Part shown: piece after piece, positions 20,367 through 29,508 of the stretch
Layout of the letters: every line of letters starts with the position of its first letter
Position numbering within the stretch: the stretch's first letter is position 1
Source: an uncultured Chloroflexia bacterium
Lineage (GTDB): Bacteria; Chloroflexota; Chloroflexia; QHBQ01; JAICKM01
DNA length: 64,000 bases
Direction: 5' to 3'
Assembly (NCBI GenBank): GCA_963784695.1
Contig: CAWARZ010000006.1
Span: 979,647-1,043,646, forward strand
Notes under the pieces: generated by a model
What the model was told of the DNA's origin: nothing
The model's input: only the letters and a program-made list of their open reading frames with translations
Database searches by the model: none
Made by a program: the position numbers and the translations under genes

Positions 20367-21182
20367 CTACGGTGCCTGCGGCGCCGGGTCGCCCTTGAAG
20401 AAGTCGACCAGCACGGGCACCAGGACCTCCGGCGGTACGCCGTGGCCTTGCTCGGGCAGGACCCGGTGCGCGGCGTTGGGCAGCCGGGCCGTCAGCGCCT
20501 CCGCGCCGGTGCGCATCATCGCCGGGCTGGCACCGCCGTGCATGACCAGGGTGGGGATCGTGACGGCAGCCCACTGCGCGGGCGGCAAGGGCTCGCCCCG
20601 CACGTAGGGGGCGGAGATCGTGGCGTCGTAGACCAGCGTTGGCGCGACAGCCTCCATCCCGGCCCACATGGGCGCCTGCTGCATCTGGGCGACCTGCGCG
20701 GGCGGCACCCCAATGACGGTCGTCATCCAGTATGTAACCGCATCTCCCCGCCGCCCGGCTGCAATCCGCGTGTTCAGCTGCTCCACGTAGTCGTCCGGCA
20801 AAGGGGCCTGGCTGTCGTCCACAATGAAGGGCGGCTCGTAGACGGCCAGCTTCGTGATGGCGGGGCCGAGCCTGCGGGCGGCCTCTAGAGCCAGGATCGC
20901 GCCCGAGGAATGGCCAAAGACATAAGCGGCCCCGCCCGCCGCCCCGATCACCGCGGCGAGGTCTTCGACCTCGCGGGCGACGGCGTAGGGCGGGGTATCG
21001 CCGCTGTCGCCGCGGCCGCGGCGGTCGTAGGCGAACACGGTGAAGTGCGGCGCGAGGGCCGCGGCGTGGGCCGCGACATCCGCGCGGGCCGCCATCGCGC
21101 CCGTCACGAAGACGAGCGCCGGGCCGGTGCCGCGGCCATCGTAGGCGATGAGTGTGCCGTCGTCGGATGTTACCGTCTCCAT
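20367..21182 (-). CDS. alpha/beta hydrolase
   Basis: Track ORF 20367..21548. The ATG at 21182 lies behind AAGGAGA (METVTSDDGTLIAYDGRGTGPALVFVTG). It has the nucleophile elbow GHSSGA and a C-terminal QGHGVPPE His region. Confidence 0.85.
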   Translation of the reverse strand: METVTSDDGTLIAYDGRGTGPALVFVTGAMAARADVAAHAAALAPHFTVFAYDRRGRGDSGDTPPYAVAREVEDLAAVIGAAGGAAYVFGHSSGAILALEAARRLGPAITKLAVYEPPFIVDDSQAPLPDDYVEQLNTRIAAGRRGDAVTYWMTTVIGVPPAQVAQMQQAPMWAGMEAVAPTLVYDATISAPYVRGEPLPPAQWAAVTIPTLVMHGGASPAMMRTGAEALTARLPNAAHRVLPEQGHGVPPEVLVPVLVDFFKGDPAPQAP

Positions 21183-21528
21183 GGGGGGTCTCCTTACGTG
21201 TACCTGGGCCTGCGGTCGGAATACCATTTCTATCGGCCGTGGCCGGGCCGGGGCGGAAGCTGCCCCGTCCGCTGCGAGGCTTGCCGGCCCCACCCGCGCT
21301 GTTCGGCGGCTCCAGCATTTCCTGTGCCGATCGTCTGGGGCGGGAGCAGCGCGTGGTCCAGACGTCCCGGACCTTCGCCGGCCGGGCGGTCGAGTGACCT
21401 TGCCGGACGGAGCCGGCTGCCGCAGACGATTGCGGCCTTGATCTCGGCTTGATTCTGGGCCGGGCGGTTGCGGCTCCCGCAGTTGCACGCGCCGACACGA
21501 CCGGGCCGATGGGCGAGCCGGGCAGCGG

Positions 21529-21558
21529 TTGACGGGCCGCGCGCGCATCGGGTATGAT
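21529..21558 (+). promoter_or_regulatory. sigma70-type promoter TTGACG-18nt-TATGAT
   Basis: The -35 element is at 21529-21534 and the -10 at 21553-21558, about 55 nt upstream of the UbiA-family gene start at 21612. Confidence 0.45.
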
Positions 21559-21611
21559 AGACTGTCGAATTACTGGGCCACGGAGGAGAGTCGAGAGGAT
21601 ATGCGCCAACT

Positions 21612-22604
21612 ATGGCAAGCTCGGTAGTGCAGCCGGGCCAGGAGCAGCCGCCGCTGCCGGCCCCTGCGCCCGGCGGGCACGGCAATGGTGCGCCGGTGGA
21701 CGACGGCCGGGCCGCGCCGCGTGGGGGCTGGCCGCTGTTGCTGCTCAAGACGATGCGGCCCAAGCAGTGGACCAAGAACGCCGTCGTCTTCGCCGCCCTC
21801 GTCTTCGCCTTCCACTTCCGCGACATCCACGACGACCTGCTGACGCTGGGGGCGTTCGCGCTCTTCTGTCTGCTCTCCAGCAGCGTCTACATCATGAACG
21901 ACCTGGTGGACCGCGAGCGCGACCGCATGCACCCGCGCAAGCGCTTCCGCCCGCTCGCCTCGGGGGCGCTGTCGCCGCAGGTTGCGATAACCGCGCTGGT
22001 CGTCATCCTGGCCGGCACGCTCGGCCTGGCCTTCCTGATCAACTGGCAGTTCGGCGCCGTCTGTGTGCTCTACTTCGTCACCCAGATCGCCTATTCGTTC
22101 TGGCTCAAGCACGAGGTCATCATCGACGTGCTGGTGCTCGCGTCGGGCTTCGTGCTGCGCGCCATGGCCGGCGCGCTGGTCATCAGCGTGCCCATTTCGC
22201 CGTGGCTCTACGTCTGCGTCAGCCTGCTCGGCCTCTTCCTCGGCTTCAGCAAGCGGCGGCACGAGCTCATCCTGCTGAGCGAAGGCGCCGGCAGCCACCG
22301 CAAGATCCTGCAAGAGTACTCGCCGGTACTGCTCGAGGAGATGATCACGGTGGTCACGTCGAGCACGGTCATGGCCTACGCGCTGTACACTTTCACGGCG
22401 GATAACCTGCCGAAGAACCACCTGATGATGATTACGATCCCGTTCGTGCTCTACGGGATCTTCCGCTATCAGTACCTGATCTATCAGAAGAACGAGGGCG
22501 GCACGCCCGAAGAGCTCCTGCTGCGCGACCGGCCACTGCTCGCCTGCATCGTGCTGTGGGGCCTCGTGGCCGTGGCCGTGCTCGCCTTCGGCTACAAGCT
22601 CTGA
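21612..22604 (+). CDS. UbiA-family prenyltransferase, decaprenyl-phosphate phosphoribosyltransferase type
   Basis: Track ORF 21612..22604. RPKQWTKNAVVFAALVFA and NDLVDRERDRMHPRKRFRPLASGAL are the signature N-terminal and first Asp-rich motifs of the DPPR synthase (Rv3806c-like) subgroup. The protein is polytopic. Confidence 0.82.
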   Translation: MASSVVQPGQEQPPLPAPAPGGHGNGAPVDDGRAAPRGGWPLLLLKTMRPKQWTKNAVVFAALVFAFHFRDIHDDLLTLGAFALFCLLSSSVYIMNDLVDRERDRMHPRKRFRPLASGALSPQVAITALVVILAGTLGLAFLINWQFGAVCVLYFVTQIAYSFWLKHEVIIDVLVLASGFVLRAMAGALVISVPISPWLYVCVSLLGLFLGFSKRRHELILLSEGAGSHRKILQEYSPVLLEEMITVVTSSTVMAYALYTFTADNLPKNHLMMITIPFVLYGIFRYQYLIYQKNEGGTPEELLLRDRPLLACIVLWGLVAVAVLAFGYKL

Positions 22605-22703
22605 GCGCCCGCGTGGCCCGACGGGCCACCCACACCCTGTAGCGGTTCCGGCACCCAGCGACCGAGCGGGAGCCGCCACTGCCCTATCCCGAGGAGGCTC
22701 GCG

Positions 22704-24380
22704 ATGCGCTTCGGTTATATTCTGCCCGGCGGGCCCGTGGCCGACCTGATCGATCTGGCCGTGGAGGGCGAGCAGGCGGGCTGGGACGGCATCTTCTATT
22801 GGGACGGCATCGCGTTCGCCGAGGCGGGGCCGATGTACGATCCGTGGGCCGTTATGGCCGCCATGGCGATGCGCACTGAGCGCGTGCGGCTCGGGGCGGT
22901 GCTGACCCCCGTGTCGCGGCGGCGGCCCTGGAAGCTGGCCCGCGAGACGGCCACGGTCGACCACCTGTCGCACGGCCGGCTGATCGTGCCGGTCGGGCTG
23001 GGCGCGCTCGACGACGCGGGGTTCGGCAAGGTGGGCGAGGCGACCGACCGGCGCACGCGCGCCGCGCTCCTCGACGAGGGCCTGGCCATCCTGACCGGGC
23101 TGTGGAGCGGCCAACCCTTCAGCTTCCAGGGCACCCATTACCAGGTCGAGGAGATGACCTTCGTGCCGCCGCCGGTGCAGCAGCCGCGCATCCCCATCTG
23201 GGTGGTCGGCGCCTGGCCGAGCGAGAAGTCGATGGGGCGCGTGGCCCGCTACGACGGCCTGCTGCCGACCAAGGCCGGCACGGCCGAGAGCGGCGACCTG
23301 ACACCCGCCGACCTGACGGCGATGCGCGACTGGATCGCGGCGCACCGCACGCTGGACACGCCGTTCGACATCGTCTGGGAGGGGCAGACGCCCGGCGACG
23401 ACCCGGCGCGGGCGGCGGAGATCGTCCGGCCCTGGGCCGACGCGGGTGCCACCTGGTGGCTGGAGAGCCACTGGGACTTCCCGGTCGACGTCGACGTCGT
23501 GCGGACGCGGAATCCGGCAGGGGCCGCCACGCCTCGCCTGAGCGCCACTGCCATGGCGCTGCCTCCCCTGCCGCCCTGCCCCGAGCCCGTCCGCGCTCAG
23601 CTTGCCCGTCTGGCGGAGGGGCTGACGGCGATCCTGGCCGACCGCCTCGTCGGCGTCTACCTGCACGGCTCGCTGGCGCTGGGCTGCTTCCAGCCGGCCG
23701 CGAGCGACCTCGACGTGCTGGTGGTGACGGAGCGGCCGCCGGACCCCGACCAGCTGAGCCGGTTGGCCGCGCTGCTGCGCGACACCTCGGCCGCGCCGTG
23801 CCCGATCGAGGTCAGCAGCCTGACGTGGAGCTATCTGCACCCCTGGCGCTATCCCACGGCCTACGATTTCCACTACAGCGAGACTTGGCGCACGCGCATG
23901 ACGGCGCTCCTGGCTGCCGGCTCCTGGGCCGATGCACCCATCCCCGCGGGCACCGATCCCGACCTGGCGGCCCACTGCACCATCGTGCGCGCACGGGGCA
24001 GCGTGCTGGCGGGCGCGCCCATCGCGGAGGTCTTTCCACTCGTGCCGCCCGCCGACTACCTGGCGTCGATCTCGGGCGACTACTGGTGGGCGAAGGACCG
24101 CCGGGCGCCGGACACAGCCGTGCATTTCGTGCTGAACGCCTGCCGCGTGCTCGCCTTCCTTGACGAGGGCGCGGTGTTGTCGAAGGCGGACGGCGGCTCC
24201 TGGGGCGCGGCGCACCTGCCGGCCGCGGTCGAGCCGCTTATCGCCGCGGCGCGCGCCGCCTATGTCGCCGGACGCCCACTGACGGACGCCGAGGCAAGTC
24301 CGGAGGTGCTGGCGGTGTTCGCCGCAGCCGTGGAGGCGCGGCTGCCGGCGCGGCCCTTCGCCGCGGGGCTACCGGGATGA
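22704..24380 (+). CDS. single ORF joining an LLM-class (luciferase-like) flavin/F420-dependent oxidoreductase (about aa 1-277) and a DUF4111/ANT-like nucleotidyltransferase (about aa 284-558)
   Basis: The N-terminal half reads MRFGYILPGG...RLGAVLTPVSRRRPWKLARETATVDHLSHGRLIVPVGLG...ATWWLES. The C-terminal half reads LVGVYLHGSLALGCFQPAASDLDVLVVTE (NTase GS...DxD motif) with a DUF4111-like tail. An internal in-frame ATG at 23553 (MALPPLPP) could start the second protein separately. Confidence 0.72.
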   Translation: MRFGYILPGGPVADLIDLAVEGEQAGWDGIFYWDGIAFAEAGPMYDPWAVMAAMAMRTERVRLGAVLTPVSRRRPWKLARETATVDHLSHGRLIVPVGLGALDDAGFGKVGEATDRRTRAALLDEGLAILTGLWSGQPFSFQGTHYQVEEMTFVPPPVQQPRIPIWVVGAWPSEKSMGRVARYDGLLPTKAGTAESGDLTPADLTAMRDWIAAHRTLDTPFDIVWEGQTPGDDPARAAEIVRPWADAGATWWLESHWDFPVDVDVVRTRNPAGAATPRLSATAMALPPLPPCPEPVRAQLARLAEGLTAILADRLVGVYLHGSLALGCFQPAASDLDVLVVTERPPDPDQLSRLAALLRDTSAAPCPIEVSSLTWSYLHPWRYPTAYDFHYSETWRTRMTALLAAGSWADAPIPAGTDPDLAAHCTIVRARGSVLAGAPIAEVFPLVPPADYLASISGDYWWAKDRRAPDTAVHFVLNACRVLAFLDEGAVLSKADGGSWGAAHLPAAVEPLIAAARAAYVAGRPLTDAEASPEVLAVFAAAVEARLPARPFAAGLPG

Positions 24381-25180
24381 GCGGCAGTCTGCCGGGGATC
24401 CCGCCGCCGCCCGCTGCGCCGCCCGCGGAGGCGATCGCGGACCGGCGCGTCTGGATCGGCTGTTCCGGCTATTCCTACAAGCACTGGCGGGGCCCGTTCT
24501 ACCCGGCCGGGCTGCCCGTCGCCCGGCAGCTGGACTACTACGTCCGGTACTTCCCGACCGTCGAGCTGAACAACACGTTCTACACGCTGCCCGCCGCGCG
24601 CACGTTTGAGCGCTGGCGCGACGCGGTGCCATCCGGCTTTTGCTTCGCGGTGAAGGCCAGCCGCTACCTGACCCACATGAAGCGGCTGATCGAGCCCGCC
24701 GAGCCGCTGGCGCGCCTGTTCGAGCGCATCACCCTGCTCGGGCCGGCGCTGGGGCCCATCCTGTACCAGCTGCCGCCGCGCTGGCGCTTCGACGCCGAGC
24801 GGTTCGCCGCCTTCCTCGACGCGCTGCCGGCGGGCTATCAGCACGCGGTCGAGGTGCGGGACCCGCGCTGGCTGAACGAGACCTTCTTCGGGCTGCTCGA
24901 AGCGCACGGCGTCGCCTACTGTATCTCCAGCCTGCCGGCCTACCAGACGCCGGTGCGGGCGACCGCGCCGTTCGTCTACCTGCGCTTCCACGGCAGCGGC
25001 CGCATGTACGTCTACGACTACCTGATCGACGAGCTCCGCGACTGGCGCGACGCTATCGTGGAGTTCGCGCGGGCCGGGCGGACGGTTTACGCCTACTTCG
25101 ACAACGACCCGCAGGCCTGGGCCGTCCGCAACGCGCTGGAACTGACGCGGCTGGTGAATGAGGCGGGGGTGCCCGCCTGA
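24377..25180 (+). CDS. DUF72 (YecE/UPF0759) family protein
   Basis: Track ORF 24377..25180. The start overlaps the upstream stop (ATGA). IGCSGYSYKHWRGPFYPAGLP...YFPTVELNNTFYTLP is the typical DUF72 N-terminus. Confidence 0.85.
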   Translation: MSGSLPGIPPPPAAPPAEAIADRRVWIGCSGYSYKHWRGPFYPAGLPVARQLDYYVRYFPTVELNNTFYTLPAARTFERWRDAVPSGFCFAVKASRYLTHMKRLIEPAEPLARLFERITLLGPALGPILYQLPPRWRFDAERFAAFLDALPAGYQHAVEVRDPRWLNETFFGLLEAHGVAYCISSLPAYQTPVRATAPFVYLRFHGSGRMYVYDYLIDELRDWRDAIVEFARAGRTVYAYFDNDPQAWAVRNALELTRLVNEAGVPA

Positions 25181-25210
25181 GCCTGATGGGAAGGCGGCCG
25201 GGCGTTTGGT

Positions 25211-25238
25211 TTGATCCGTTATGTAAAGTTGGTATAAT
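25211..25238 (+). promoter_or_regulatory. strong sigma70-type promoter TTGATC-16nt-(TGg)TATAAT
   Basis: The -35 element is at 25211-25216, TG at 25230-25231 and TATAAT at 25233-25238. A 5'-UTR hairpin GCGGGCT-TCGAA-AGCCCGC follows at 25251-25269. The promoter is upstream of pcm-hsp20-lon. Confidence 0.55.
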
Positions 25239-25298
25239 TGACTCAAGTTCGCGGGCTTCGAAAGCCCGCCTAGAGGATTGCGAGGGGTCGCGTTGAGC

Positions 25299-26009
25299 AT
25301 GGACGAGCAGGCGCCGTGGGCTGCCCCGGCACCGGGTGCCGAGCCGATTCACGGCCAGGATCTTGCAGTGCGTCGAAACCGCATGGTCATGCAGCAGTTG
25401 GCCGAGCGCGGCGTGCAGGACACGCGGGTGCTCCGGGCCATGGCCCGGCTGCCCCGCGAGCGGTTTCTGCCCCGCGACCTGCGGCGCCTGGCCTATGCCG
25501 ACTGCGCGTTGCCCATCGCCGAAAGCCAGACCATCTCGCAGCCGTACATGGCCGCGACGCTGGCCGAGGCGCTGCGGCTGCGGGGGCATGAACGGGTGCT
25601 CGAAGTGGGCACCGGCTCGGGCTATCAGGCCGCCGTGCTCGCGCTGCTCTGCCGCCACGTGGTGTCGATTGAGCGGCATCCGGCGCTCGCGGAGCGGGCG
25701 GCCGGGCTGCTAAGAGATCTGGGCTTTCGTAATCTGGATGTAGTGATCGGGGACGGCTCCCGAGGCTGGCCCACACGGGCGCCATACGATGCCATCCTGG
25801 TCACCGCGGCGGCGCCCGCCGTGCCCGCCGCGCTCGTGGAGCAACTGGCGGAGGGCGGGCGGCTGGTGCTCCCCATCGGGAGCGGCGCCGAGCAGACGTT
25901 GACCCGCGTCACGCGCGCGGCCGGCGGCGGCGCGGCACGCCACGAGGCGCTCATGCCGTGCGTGTTCGTACCGCTCATCGGCGCCGAGGGCCGGCAGCCG
26001 CCCGATTAA
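25299..26009 (+). CDS. pcm: protein-L-isoaspartate O-methyltransferase
   Basis: Track ORF 25278..26009, start taken at ATG 25299. It has the SAM motif VLEVGTGSGYQAAVLA, the TISQPYMAA substrate motif and GGRLVLPIG. Confidence 0.85.
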   Translation: MDEQAPWAAPAPGAEPIHGQDLAVRRNRMVMQQLAERGVQDTRVLRAMARLPRERFLPRDLRRLAYADCALPIAESQTISQPYMAATLAEALRLRGHERVLEVGTGSGYQAAVLALLCRHVVSIERHPALAERAAGLLRDLGFRNLDVVIGDGSRGWPTRAPYDAILVTAAAPAVPAALVEQLAEGGRLVLPIGSGAEQTLTRVTRAAGGGAARHEALMPCVFVPLIGAEGRQPPD

Positions 26010-26030
26010 GACGTAAGGAACGAGAAGATT

Positions 26031-26495
26031 ATGCCATACATACGGATCCGCTCGGGGCAGCCAACGATTGCACCCGGGGACCTGCAGGGCGGCGAGCACC
26101 CTGGCGGGGAGGACGTCTGGCCGCAGCGCCAGGGCCGTCCGTTCGTGCTCGTCACGCACAAACCGTGGCGCCCGCCGACCGACATCTACGAGACGCCGGC
26201 CGAGATCGTCATCAAGATGGAACTGGCCGGCATGCACGAAGATCAGCTGAGTATCACGGTCTACGGCGATGTGCTGGCGATCCGGGGCCGCCGGGTCGAC
26301 GAGACGGTGCCGCAGAAGACCGGCTATCACCATATAGGAATTACCTACGGCGAATTCGCCTCTGATATTCAGCTGCCGGGGCCGATCGACCAGGAGCAAG
26401 TCCGCGCGGAATACGCGGCGGGCTTCCTCACGGTCACGCTCCCCAAGCGCCGCGCCCGGCCGCCCGGAACCGTGCGGATCGCCGTCAGCGAGTGA
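26031..26495 (+). CDS. Hsp20/alpha-crystallin family small heat-shock protein
   Basis: Track ORF 26031..26495 with an AAGGAA RBS. WRPPTDIYETPAEIVIKMELAGMHEDQLSI...GEFASDIQLPGPIDQEQVRAEYAAGFLTVTLPK is a canonical alpha-crystallin domain. Confidence 0.9.
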   Translation: MPYIRIRSGQPTIAPGDLQGGEHPGGEDVWPQRQGRPFVLVTHKPWRPPTDIYETPAEIVIKMELAGMHEDQLSITVYGDVLAIRGRRVDETVPQKTGYHHIGITYGEFASDIQLPGPIDQEQVRAEYAAGFLTVTLPKRRARPPGTVRIAVSE

Positions 26496-26554
26496 ATTAC
26501 CCGGGGGCCGCCCCGCAGCGGTTCACCCCGCGGCTTATAAAGTGAGATTGGACC

Positions 26555-29221
26555 ATGGACGAAAAAGACCAAATCCCGGCCGCAGCTGAGGCGGTCGACA
26601 CCGCGCCCGAGACGGCCGAGGCGGAAGCCACGGTCGAGGTGACTCCCGAGAACCCCGAGATCGCGGGCAAGATCGACGACCTCGAGATCCCGGCCATTCT
26701 GCCGATCGTGCCGCTCAAGGACACGGTCATCTATCCGTTCGTCGGCGCGCCGCTAGCGGTCGGCCAGGAGCGCACGCTCAAGCTGATCGACGACGCCGTG
26801 GTCGGCAATCGGCTGGTGGGCTTCGTGGCGTCGAAGGACTCCTCGATCGACAACCCGGGCCCCGACGACGCGTATCGCGTGGGCGTGGTCGCGGCGATCA
26901 TGCGCATGATGCGCCTGCCCAACGGCACGATGCAGCTGGCGGTGCAGGGGCTGGAGCGCATCCGCATCGCGGAGTTCACGCAGACCCAGCCCTACCTGAA
27001 GGCGCGCATCGCGCTCGCGCCCGACGTCGTCGAGTCGGGCATGGAAGTGGACGCGCTGGCGCGCAACCTGAAGAACCTGTTCGGGCGGCTGGTGGACCTG
27101 ATGCCGCATCTGCCCGAGGAGCTGGCGACCGTCGTGCTCAACATCGACAACCCGCGCCAGCTGGTCTATCTCGTGGCGTCGGCGCTACGCATGGACCTGG
27201 ACCTGCGCCAAGCGATCATGGAGACCGACTCGGTGCGCGAGAAGCTGGAGCTGCTGACGGGCTTCCTCAACCGGGAGCTCGAGGTGCTGGAGCTGGGCAA
27301 GAAGCTGCAGAGCCAGGTGCAGGGCGAGGTCGAGAAGACCCAGCGCGAGTACCTGCTGCGCGAGCAGCTGAAGGCGATCCAGAAGGAGCTCGGCGAGGCG
27401 AATGAGCAGGAGGCCGAGGTCGACGAGTTGCGCGCGAAGATCGAAGAAGCACACATGCCCGAGGAGCCCGAAAAGGAGGCGCGCCGCGAGCTCGAGCGGC
27501 TGGAGCGCCTGCCCGCCGCGGCCGCCGAGTACGGCGTCATCAAGACGTATCTTGACTGGCTCGTCTCGATGCCGTGGAACGTCTACCGGGAGACCGAGAT
27601 CGACATCACGAGGACGCAGGAGATCCTGAACGAGGACCACTATGATCTGGAGAAGATCAAAGAACGGATCCTCGAGTACCTGGCCGTGCGCAAGCTGAAA
27701 AAGCAGCGCCAGAGCGACGGCGAAGGGGTTGCCGGCCGCGAGCCGATCCTCTGCTTCGTCGGGCCGCCCGGCGTGGGCAAGACCAGCCTGGCGCAGTCAA
27801 TCGCGCGCGCGCTCGACCGCCCGTTCACGCGCATGTCGCTGGGCGGCGTGCACGACGAGGCCGAGATCCGCGGGCACCGGCGGACGTACATCGGCGCGAT
27901 GCCGGGCCGCATCATCCAGGCGATCCGGCGCGCGGGCGCGGCCGATCCGGTCTTCGTGCTCGACGAGGTCGACAAGGTGGGCGCGGACTTCCGCGGCGAC
28001 CCGTCGTCGGCCCTGCTCGAAGTGCTGGATCCGGAGCAAAACAAGGACTTCCGGGATCACTACCTGGACGTGCCGTTTGACTTGTCGCACGTGATGTTCA
28101 TCGCGACGGCCAACCAGCTTGACCCGATCCTGCCCGCCCTGCGCGACCGCATGGAGATCCTGGAGCTCGCGGGCTACACCGAGGAGGAGAAGCTGCACAT
28201 CGCGCAGCGCTTCCTCATCCCGAAGCAGATGAAGGCGCACGCGCTGACCGAGCAGGATCTGACCTGGACGGACGCGGCGATCCGCACGATCATCGAGGAC
28301 TATACCCGCGAGGCAGGCGTGCGGAACCTGGAGCGGGAGATCGCGTCGGTGAGCCGCAAGATCGCGCGCGAGGTGGCCGTGCGCCCCACGGAAGGCGCGA
28401 CGGAAGCCGAGCCGGTGGAGATCACCGCGGACAAGGTGCGCGCAACCCTGGGGCGCCCGCGCTTCCACGCCGAAGTGGCCGAGCGCGTGGAGCAGGCCGG
28501 CGTGGCCACCGGCCTCGTCTGGACGCCGGTCGGTGGGGACATCATCTTCATCGAGGCGACGCGCATGCCGGGCTCGAAGACGCTGCTGCTCACCGGGCAA
28601 CTGGGTGACGTGATGCGCGAGTCGGCGCAAGCGGCGCTCAGCTGGGTGCGGGCCCGGGCCGGGTCGCTGGGCATCCCGGAGGATTTCTTCAGCCAGTCGG
28701 ACATTCACCTCCACGTGCCCGCGGGCGCCATCCCGAAGGACGGCCCGTCGGCCGGCATCACCATGACGACCGCGCTCGCCTCGCTCCTGACCGGGCGGCG
28801 GGTCAAGGACGACGTGGCGATGACGGGAGAGATCACGCTGCGGGGCCGGGTGCTCCCCGTCGGCGGCGTCAAGGAGAAGGTGCTCGGCGCGCATCGCGCG
28901 GGCATCAAGACGATCATCATGTCGCGGCGCAACGAGCCGGACTTGGAGGACCTGCCCGGCAACCTGCGCGAGGAGATCCACTTCGTCTGCGTTGACACGA
29001 TGGACGAGGTGCTGGAGGCCGCGTTGGTCGCGCCGAGCGACGCGAGCGTGGCGGCCCAGGAAGAGATGAAGCAAGAAATCCGGCGCCAACAGGTGGCCGG
29101 CGAAGAGCCGGTCGAGCCAGGCCCCATGCGGGTGGAGATTATCTCCGACGGCACCGGCGACGAGGTGCCGGTGCCGCCCCCGGCCGGCGAGCCGGCCTAC
29201 AAAACGCGCCCCGTCGCCTAG
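26555..29221 (+). CDS. lon: ATP-dependent Lon protease (LonA)
   Basis: Track ORF 26555..29221 (888 aa). It has a Lon N-domain, Walker [10 protein letters not shown], Walker B FVLDEVDK and the catalytic Ser motif [11 protein letters not shown] with the downstream Lys ([15 protein letters not shown]). Confidence 0.96.
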   Translation: MDEKDQIPAAAEAVDTAPETAEAEATVEVTPENPEIAGKIDDLEIPAILPIVPLKDTVIYPFVGAPLAVGQERTLKLIDDAVVGNRLVGFVASKDSSIDNPGPDDAYRVGVVAAIMRMMRLPNGTMQLAVQGLERIRIAEFTQTQPYLKARIALAPDVVESGMEVDALARNLKNLFGRLVDLMPHLPEELATVVLNIDNPRQLVYLVASALRMDLDLRQAIMETDSVREKLELLTGFLNRELEVLELGKKLQSQVQGEVEKTQREYLLREQLKAIQKELGEANEQEAEVDELRAKIEEAHMPEEPEKEARRELERLERLPAAAAEYGVIKTYLDWLVSMPWNVYRETEIDITRTQEILNEDHYDLEKIKERILEYLAVRKLKKQRQSDGEGVAGREPILCFVGPPGVGKTSLAQSIARALDRPFTRMSLGGVHDEAEIRGHRRTYIGAMPGRIIQAIRRAGAADPVFVLDEVDKVGADFRGDPSSALLEVLDPEQNKDFRDHYLDVPFDLSHVMFIATANQLDPILPALRDRMEILELAGYTEEEKLHIAQRFLIPKQMKAHALTEQDLTWTDAAIRTIIEDYTREAGVRNLEREIASVSRKIAREVAVRPTEGATEAEPVEITADKVRATLGRPRFHAEVAERVEQAGVATGLVWTPVGGDIIFIEATRMPGSKTLLLTGQLGDVMRESAQAALSWVRARAGSLGIPEDFFSQSDIHLHVPAGAIPKDGPSAGITMTTALASLLTGRRVKDDVAMTGEITLRGRVLPVGGVKEKVLGAHRAGIKTIIMSRRNEPDLEDLPGNLREEIHFVCVDTMDEVLEAALVAPSDASVAAQEEMKQEIRRQQVAGEEPVEPGPMRVEIISDGTGDEVPVPPPAGEPAYKTRPVA

Positions 29222-29245
29222 GCAACCAGGCGATAAGGCCCCCGC

Positions 29246-29273
29246 CCCCTCGCCCCGTTGCGGGAGCGAGGGG
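29246..29273 (+). terminator. GC-rich hairpin after lon (no U-tract)
   Basis: CCCCTCGCCCCG-TTG-CGGG(A)GCGAGGGG forms a roughly 12-bp stem starting 25 nt after the lon stop. The lack of a T-run makes intrinsic-terminator function uncertain. Confidence 0.35.
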
Positions 29274-29508
29274 CGCGACGTGGGCGGCAACGTGCGACAC
29301 GGCTGTCGCGGGAAGGACCGACGACAGGCGCACGGACAGTAGCGGATCCGCGCCCGCCGCCAGCCCATGGGTCGTGCCCTCATGAGCACGACACGGCCCC
29401 GCCGGGCCACAGCACCCCGGCCCGCGCCCCCTTCCCCCACCGACACACGCAGGCGGGCCGCGCCGCCGCCGGGCGGGGATCGGGCTGCAAGGAGGTAGAC
29501 ACGCGGTA

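Noticed and set aside
21183-21528. A 430-bp gap between the alpha/beta hydrolase and the UbiA-family gene as a hidden small gene or RNA
   Set aside because: Only shadow-type ORFs are present (Arg/Gly/Pro-rich, e.g. 21148..21441), and I could see no strong hairpin series or repeats. A plausible promoter at 21529..21558 accounts for part of the gap.
25239-25250. TTGACTCAAG near the pcm promoter as a HAIR (HspR) or CIRCE (HrcA) operator
   Set aside because: Only one HAIR-like half-site is present. The expected inverted partner 7 nt upstream is absent, and nothing resembles CIRCE.
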